From a virus (Duplodnaviria > Caudoviricetes), in IMG/VR virus record IMGVR_UViG_3300044654_000030, positions 1-58,965 of that record: a stretch of 58,965 nucleotides of DNA; one strand, given 5' to 3'. Under the pieces are notes generated by a model, which made no database searches, was not told where the DNA came from, and was given only the letters and a program-made list of their open reading frames with translations. The stretch's first letter is position 1. Each line of letters starts with the position of its first letter. Shown piece by piece: positions 54,452 through 58,965 of this stretch. The position numbers and the translations under genes are program-made.

Positions 54452-55050
54452 GGGTCGCTCACCAGCAGGGGGCTCTCGTCCACCAGGCCGGACCGGAGGG
54501 CCCGGACGTCCTCCGCGACGTCCTCGCGCCGGCGGCCCGGGTCGAGGGCCAGGACCTCGTCCACCTCGCGGGCCACCAGGTCGTCGGCCAGGCCGACCTC
54601 GGGGATCGGCTCCACCTCGGGGGGCGTGTACTCCACCAGGCCCTCGACCTTCAGGCCCTTCCTGCGGGCCACGGCGAGCACGTCGTGGCGGTCCGCAACC
54701 CATGCCTCGGGGTCGCCGGGGTACTCCGCCAGGGCGGCGCTGTAATACTTGCCGGTGGTGCTGACCCCGGCCGCCTCGGCGGCCCGACGGTAATAGTCGC
54801 CCAGCCCCGGGCAGCGCTCGAACTGGTTGCCGTTGCACCGGCCCCGGTTGAACTCGACGTCGGTCCGCACCCCGGGGAACTGCCCGGTCGCCAGGACGAT
54901 CGCCAGCCGGTGGGCGGTCCCCTCGGCCCGGCAGGTCATGTACCGCACGTAGGCCGCCGCGGGCAGGGCGTGGACCTCCGCGTGCTCGTCGTCCGTGAGC
55001 GTCGCCAGGGCCGCCAGGCACGCCGCCCCGAACTCGGTCCGGTCAGTCAT
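54436..55050 (-). CDS. Conserved phage protein
   Basis: GKYYSAALA.YPGDPEAWV. Confidence 0.7.
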   Translation of the reverse strand: MTDRTEFGAACLAALATLTDDEHAEVHALPAAAYVRYMTCRAEGTAHRLAIVLATGQFPGVRTDVEFNRGRCNGNQFERCPGLGDYYRRAAEAAGVSTTGKYYSAALAEYPGDPEAWVADRHDVLAVARRKGLKVEGLVEYTPPEVEPIPEVGLADDLVAREVDEVLALDPGRRREDVAEDVRALRSGLVDESPLLVSDPCPTP

Positions 55051-55234
55051 CGCCGGCCGGCGCGAGCGCCGCCCCCATCGCCTCGGCGTGCGTCTTCCCG
55101 GCTAGCAGCGCGTCGCAGTAGCGGTGGTAGGGCGCGTCGGGCAGGTCCAGCACCGCCTCCGCCTCGTCGGCGGAGAGGGCGAGGAACTTCGCCACCAGCC
55201 TTTCGTCGATCTCGGACGCCTCGAACTCGGCCAT
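55043..55234 (-). CDS. Small protein similar to the N-terminus of the next gene
   Basis: LALSADEAEAVLDLPDAPYHRY versus LATLTDDEHAEVHALPAAAYVRY. Confidence 0.6.
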   Translation of the reverse strand: MAEFEASEIDERLVAKFLALSADEAEAVLDLPDAPYHRYCDALLAGKTHAEAMGAALAPAGDD

Positions 55235-55243
55235 CGCGTCACC

Positions 55244-57172
55244 TCAGTCGGGGAGTCCCGGCACCGGCTCGCCCTGCGGGGTCTGCTCCTGCACCGGCGG
55301 CGGCGGGGCCTGCGCGAGCTGATACCGCGCCGGGTCGAGGTCGCGGGACTTCGCCCAGTCGGCCAGCAGGTTGTTCAAGGGGCCCAGGTCGCCGGTGGCC
55401 TGGGCGTAGGTCAAGAGGGGCTGGAGCATCACCTGGATCGCCTCGTTCATCCGGGCGACCTGCCCCTCCTTGTTCGGCTTGCGGGTCGAGCCCGCCTCGA
55501 TCCGGTACTCCAGCTCGCGGCACGCCGCGTTGGTGTCGGCCGTGTGGACGAACTGGTCCCAGAGCACGGCCGCCGCGTCGCCCAGGATCGGCTGGACGTC
55601 GGCGCCGCCGAGGTGGTAGCGGGAGAGGATCGCCTCCTTGATGGAGGCCCGCGTCATCCAGGACTCCACCACCTTCGCCATGTCGTCGGGCCGGACCGCC
55701 ATGCCCGAGGAGCGGATCGACGCCTCCTCGGCCGAGCGGATCTGGACGTCGGGGTTGGAGCCGTACATCAGCTCCGTCAAGCCGACTCTTTTATCAAAAT
55801 TCGTCTCGACCGCCTCGATCACCTTCCAGATGTCGCCGTTGATCTCCGGGTGCTGGAGGAACTGCACCAGCTCCTGGATCGTCCCCGGGTGGGACGCCTC
55901 GATCTCCAGCAGGGTCAGGTCGCGGCCTTCGAGGATCGCGGTCTTGATCTCCTCGGAGACCTCCTTCTTCACCGCGATGAAGTCCCGCGTGGTGGTCCTC
56001 ACCTTGCCCGCCAGGAAGCTCGTCGCCCAGTTGAGGAACTTCAGCTCGCCCAGGCCGGCCTTCAGGTGGCTCATGGGCCAGGGGGTGTTCCACACCGGGT
56101 GGAAGTCCAGGCAGGTGACGGGCCAGTCGCCGGCCGCCCAGTACGGCGTGGGCCAGGCGACGCGGTCGAGGACCTCGGACGGGTCGCCCTCGAACCCGGC
56201 CGCCTCCTGGACCTCGGGCGGGAGGTTCAGCGGGTAGGGGACGTCCTTGGCGATGATCAGGTAGACGTAGTCGCCGAAGATCTCCAGGGGCGCCCGGTAG
56301 CGGCGGTTGATCCCGGAGAGCCGGCCGCCGATGCCGAGCTTGGAGTACACCTTCCAGTAGGTCAGCAGGTCGCAACTGACGCCCCGCTTGCGGTCGTACA
56401 GGACGTCGTCGTCCACCAGGGCGGACGCCTGCACCGCCTGCGACTCCAGGTTGCCGCGGAGGCTCCCCGGGCGCAGGCCCAGGTCGCGCTCGACCTGCCA
56501 GGTCGGGTGGACGCACCGCCGGGCGATCCAGAGCGCCGAGTCGAGGGACCGGGCGTCGGGGTCGATGGAGAGGTCGTCCACGCTCATCCAGTCGGTGCAG
56601 GCGACGCGGAACGACTGGCCCGGCGGGGTGCGTAGCTCGGTCCAGAGGCACCCGCGGCCCTTGACCAGCGCCTCCTCGATCGCCAGCCGGCTGGCGCGGC
56701 CCAGGTCGTTCTCGATCGGCGTCCAGTTCAGGTAGGAGGCCAGCAGGGCGGCCCGCAGGGCGTCGGCCGCCAGGCGGACCTGCTCCTGCTGCTGGTAGGC
56801 GAACTCCGTGGTCGGGTCGCCGAACGCCCCCTGGGGGATGTCGATCGGCGCCCGGGGCGTCACGGTGCGGACCGGGTTCTGGAAGTACAGCGCCGGGCCG
56901 AAGAGCGTCACCAGCTCGAAGGCTTTGTTGACGCTGATCTTGAACAGGGGGTCGGGGATGTCCTCCCCCACGCTGATGGACCGCGGGCCGTACATCAGCT
57001 CGTCCCACGACCGCGGCCCGTTGTAGAAGCTCATGCACTCGTCGGCATCATTCTGGAAGACCTGCCGCTTGTGCTGGCGGGCCTGCTCCAGCTTCGCCAC
57101 CCACTGGGCGCAGCACGCCCGCAGGACGGGGTCCTCGTCACGCCGGCCGGTGCCGAGCTCGGGGTCGGGCAT
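55244..57172 (-). CDS. Portal protein
   Basis: 642 aa downstream of terminase; SVDDLSIDPDA; largely helical C-terminal half. Confidence 0.75.
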   Translation of the reverse strand: MPDPELGTGRRDEDPVLRACCAQWVAKLEQARQHKRQVFQNDADECMSFYNGPRSWDELMYGPRSISVGEDIPDPLFKISVNKAFELVTLFGPALYFQNPVRTVTPRAPIDIPQGAFGDPTTEFAYQQQEQVRLAADALRAALLASYLNWTPIENDLGRASRLAIEEALVKGRGCLWTELRTPPGQSFRVACTDWMSVDDLSIDPDARSLDSALWIARRCVHPTWQVERDLGLRPGSLRGNLESQAVQASALVDDDVLYDRKRGVSCDLLTYWKVYSKLGIGGRLSGINRRYRAPLEIFGDYVYLIIAKDVPYPLNLPPEVQEAAGFEGDPSEVLDRVAWPTPYWAAGDWPVTCLDFHPVWNTPWPMSHLKAGLGELKFLNWATSFLAGKVRTTTRDFIAVKKEVSEEIKTAILEGRDLTLLEIEASHPGTIQELVQFLQHPEINGDIWKVIEAVETNFDKRVGLTELMYGSNPDVQIRSAEEASIRSSGMAVRPDDMAKVVESWMTRASIKEAILSRYHLGGADVQPILGDAAAVLWDQFVHTADTNAACRELEYRIEAGSTRKPNKEGQVARMNEAIQVMLQPLLTYAQATGDLGPLNNLLADWAKSRDLDPARYQLAQAPPPPVQEQTPQGEPVPGLPD

Positions 57173-57180
57173 GCGTCACT

Positions 57181-57501
57181 TCACTTCTTGACGGCGGCCT
57201 TGAGGGCGTCGAGCTGGCGGCCGTGGTGCTCCAGGACGTCGAGGAGCCACCGCGTCTCCGCGGTGTCATCCCACACGCCGCCGTCGGGCTGCATCGTCGC
57301 CAGGTCGGGGTCGGACCAGTGCCGCACGCCCGAGCGGGGCGTGCCGGCGCGGCTGTCCGTCGGGAACATGATCAGCCCCAGGGCGCGGTCGCCCGCCTGG
57401 GTGACGATCGCCGGGGCGCAGCCCCCGGACCGGGTGCGGTCGTGATACCAGAGGACGACCTGCCCCACGTGGACCTGGGGCATCTTGTACGGCTCGGACA
57501 T
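57181..57501 (-). CDS. Small phage protein (PxVGxxVxY...AIVT type)
   Basis: PQVHVGQVVLWY...PAIVT; RBS GGAGGT. Confidence 0.7.
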   Translation of the reverse strand: MSEPYKMPQVHVGQVVLWYHDRTRSGGCAPAIVTQAGDRALGLIMFPTDSRAGTPRSGVRHWSDPDLATMQPDGGVWDDTAETRWLLDVLEHHGRQLDALKAAVKK

Positions 57502-57519
57502 GCGGACCTCCCGAGGAAA

Positions 57520-58965
57520 CTAGCCCAGGCGGATCGAGTCGCCCCAGCCGGGGTCGCGGCCCCGGGCCCGCTCCCGGCGCCGCTTCGCCTCCAGGGCGTC
57601 GGTGGTGTACCCCTTCGCGCGGGGCTTGACGGCGGGCCGGCGGTACGGGAGCCGCGCCATCGCCAGGTAGCGCCAACAATCGATCAGGTGATCGTTCGCC
57701 TTGATCGGCTCGTCGGTGACGATGCCCGAGGGGAGCTTCTTGTAGCTGTACCGCTCGGCCTCCCAGAGGAGCATGGGGCACGAGTCGCGGAACACGACCC
57801 ACTTCGAGCGCCCCTCGGCGTCGAGGTGCAGGCCCGCCCGCACCGCCTCGATCCCGGCCCGGACGTCGTCGCCGCCCGAGGCGGTGGACCAGGTGAACCC
57901 GGTCAGGTGCCCGGGGCGGAAGACCCCGGCCTGCGCCAGGGCGCGGCGGTACTGCTCCTCGTGCGTCACCCCCGAGCCGATCTCGGTGATGCGCCCGGCC
58001 CGCATGTCGATGATCGCCTTGTGGACCACCTGATCGCCTAGTTTTCTCCGCAATTCCTCCGCGAACCGGGCGGCGGTCGCCTGGCGGATGTAGAGCTCGT
58101 CGTACAGGAACACCCGCCCGGCGTGGGGCGAGCCCGGCGGCGGCACGGCGGCGAACAGGACGGCGCAGACCTGCCGGCCCGGGTCCACGGCGATGTAGCG
58201 GGTCCAGTCGCTCGGGATCGGGAAGGCGTCGCACCCGTGCGGCCCGCGGGGCGCGAACTCGGCGTAGACCCGCGTGCCCAGCAGGGCGAAGTCGCCCAGC
58301 ACCCGGATGCGGTACTCGTCGGCCGAGAGCTTGGCCGCGAAGTCCCGCTTCTCCTTCTCCCCCAGGTGCGGGTTCTCCAGCAGGGTCAGGTGGAACTCCC
58401 GCACCGGCGGGTCCTCCACCCCGGCCGCCTCCAGCTCGTGCGCCCGGCAGTGCAGGTCGTACAGGTGCTGCGTCCCCGCCTGGGGCGTCGCCGTCCAATA
58501 AAAGAATCCTTTCCTGTCAATGATCCGGGCGCTGGTCTCGGTGTACCAGGACGGGTGGTCGATCTCCTCGTCGAACCAGGCGGCATCGACGTCGATGCCC
58601 TGGCGGGGCTCGCCCACGCTGGAAAAGAACAGGAGCTCCCAGCCGTTGTGCAGCAAGACCTTGCGCGGGATGCCCGACTTCTTGTCCTCCCACGCGACGC
58701 CCTTGATCAGGTTGGTCGGCAGCAGCGGCGGGGCCGGCTTGGCGCGGGCGGCGTGGGCGGCGTCCCAGGGGTCGTGCGGCCGGAAGGCACGCCAGGCGCC
58801 GTCGGGGCCGCGGATGATCTTGAAGGCGCCGGGCCGCACCAGCTTGCGCCACATCACCTCGCCGCAGTGGTTGAGGTCCTTGCCGCACAGGAGGAACCGG
58901 CCGTGCTCCTTCGGGGCGCGGGGATTCAGGCCGCGGACCGTGCGGGCGCACATCACGGCGCCGAT
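57520..58965 (-). CDS. terL: Terminase large subunit (5' truncated by window edge)
   Basis: Walker B AAWFDEE, TATP coupling motif, ENPHL, RNase H-like IAVDPG, DHLIDCWRY; frame open to the window end. Confidence 0.9.
   Translation of the reverse strand: MGAVMCARTVRGLNPRAPKEHGRFLLCGKDLNHCGEVMWRKLVRPGAFKIIRGPDGAWRAFRPHDPWDAAHAARAKPAPPLLPTNLIKGVAWEDKKSGIPRKVLLHNGWELLFFSSVGEPRQGIDVDAAWFDEEIDHPSWYTETSARIIDRKGFFYWTATPQAGTQHLYDLHCRAHELEAAGVEDPPVREFHLTLLENPHLGEKEKRDFAAKLSADEYRIRVLGDFALLGTRVYAEFAPRGPHGCDAFPIPSDWTRYIAVDPGRQVCAVLFAAVPPPGSPHAGRVFLYDELYIRQATAARFAEELRRKLGDQVVHKAIIDMRAGRITEIGSGVTHEEQYRRALAQAGVFRPGHLTGFTWSTASGGDDVRAGIEAVRAGLHLDAEGRSKWVVFRDSCPMLLWEAERYSYKKLPSGIVTDEPIKANDHLIDCWRYLAMARLPYRRPAVKPRAKGYTTDALEAKRRRERARGRDPGWGDSIRLG

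Noticed and set aside
54466-54484. Possible sixth REP-like copy (CAGGGGGCTCTCGTCCACC)
   Set aside because: Hairpin is broken and the match is short.
7837-58050. 13-mer CTAGTTTTCTCCG shared by 7837-7849 and 58038-58050
   Set aside because: Only two copies in unrelated contexts with no extension; cannot be distinguished from chance.
1-58965. CRISPR array, tRNA or rRNA genes
   Set aside because: No regularly spaced repeat-spacer units and no cloverleaf or T-loop signatures seen by eye; a tool scan could still find divergent ones.

Overview
The whole window is part of a very GC-rich, temperate tailed-phage genome, probably podovirus-like. No host flank is visible. The host is probably a planctomycete (inferred from a Planctomycetota-type small gene and a REP-like repeat). 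Layout: class II ribonucleotide reductase and small accessory genes (0.1-5.1 kb, +); a large serine integrase with two excisionase-like HTH genes (5.3-7.8 kb, -); a head module of decoration protein, holin-like gene, major capsid and scaffold (8.7-12.2 kb, -); an XRE repressor and small genes (12.3-15.7 kb, +); a lower-GC non-coding stretch that may be the genome terminus (15.7-16.1 kb); a long early/accessory block with a GHKL ATPase-metalloprotease, a GP88-like protein, a second small serine recombinase and Zn-finger proteins (16.1-31.9 kb, +); and a convergent late block of internal virion proteins, tail genes, adaptor, portal and terminase large subunit (32.1-59 kb, -). Most notable observations: (1) a 60-bp attP-like site lies inside the last codons of the integrase, so integration would swap the enzyme's own C-terminus; (2) five copies of a hairpin repeat sit in the tail region, two forming a perfect 33-bp inverted repeat exactly around one tail gene and three translated in frame; (3) short AT-rich synonymous patches occur in essential genes, often at conserved motifs; (4) the tail-nozzle gene appears split; (5) many genes occur as diverged tandem pairs. 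Product calls come from motif recognition and synteny only; no searches were run.
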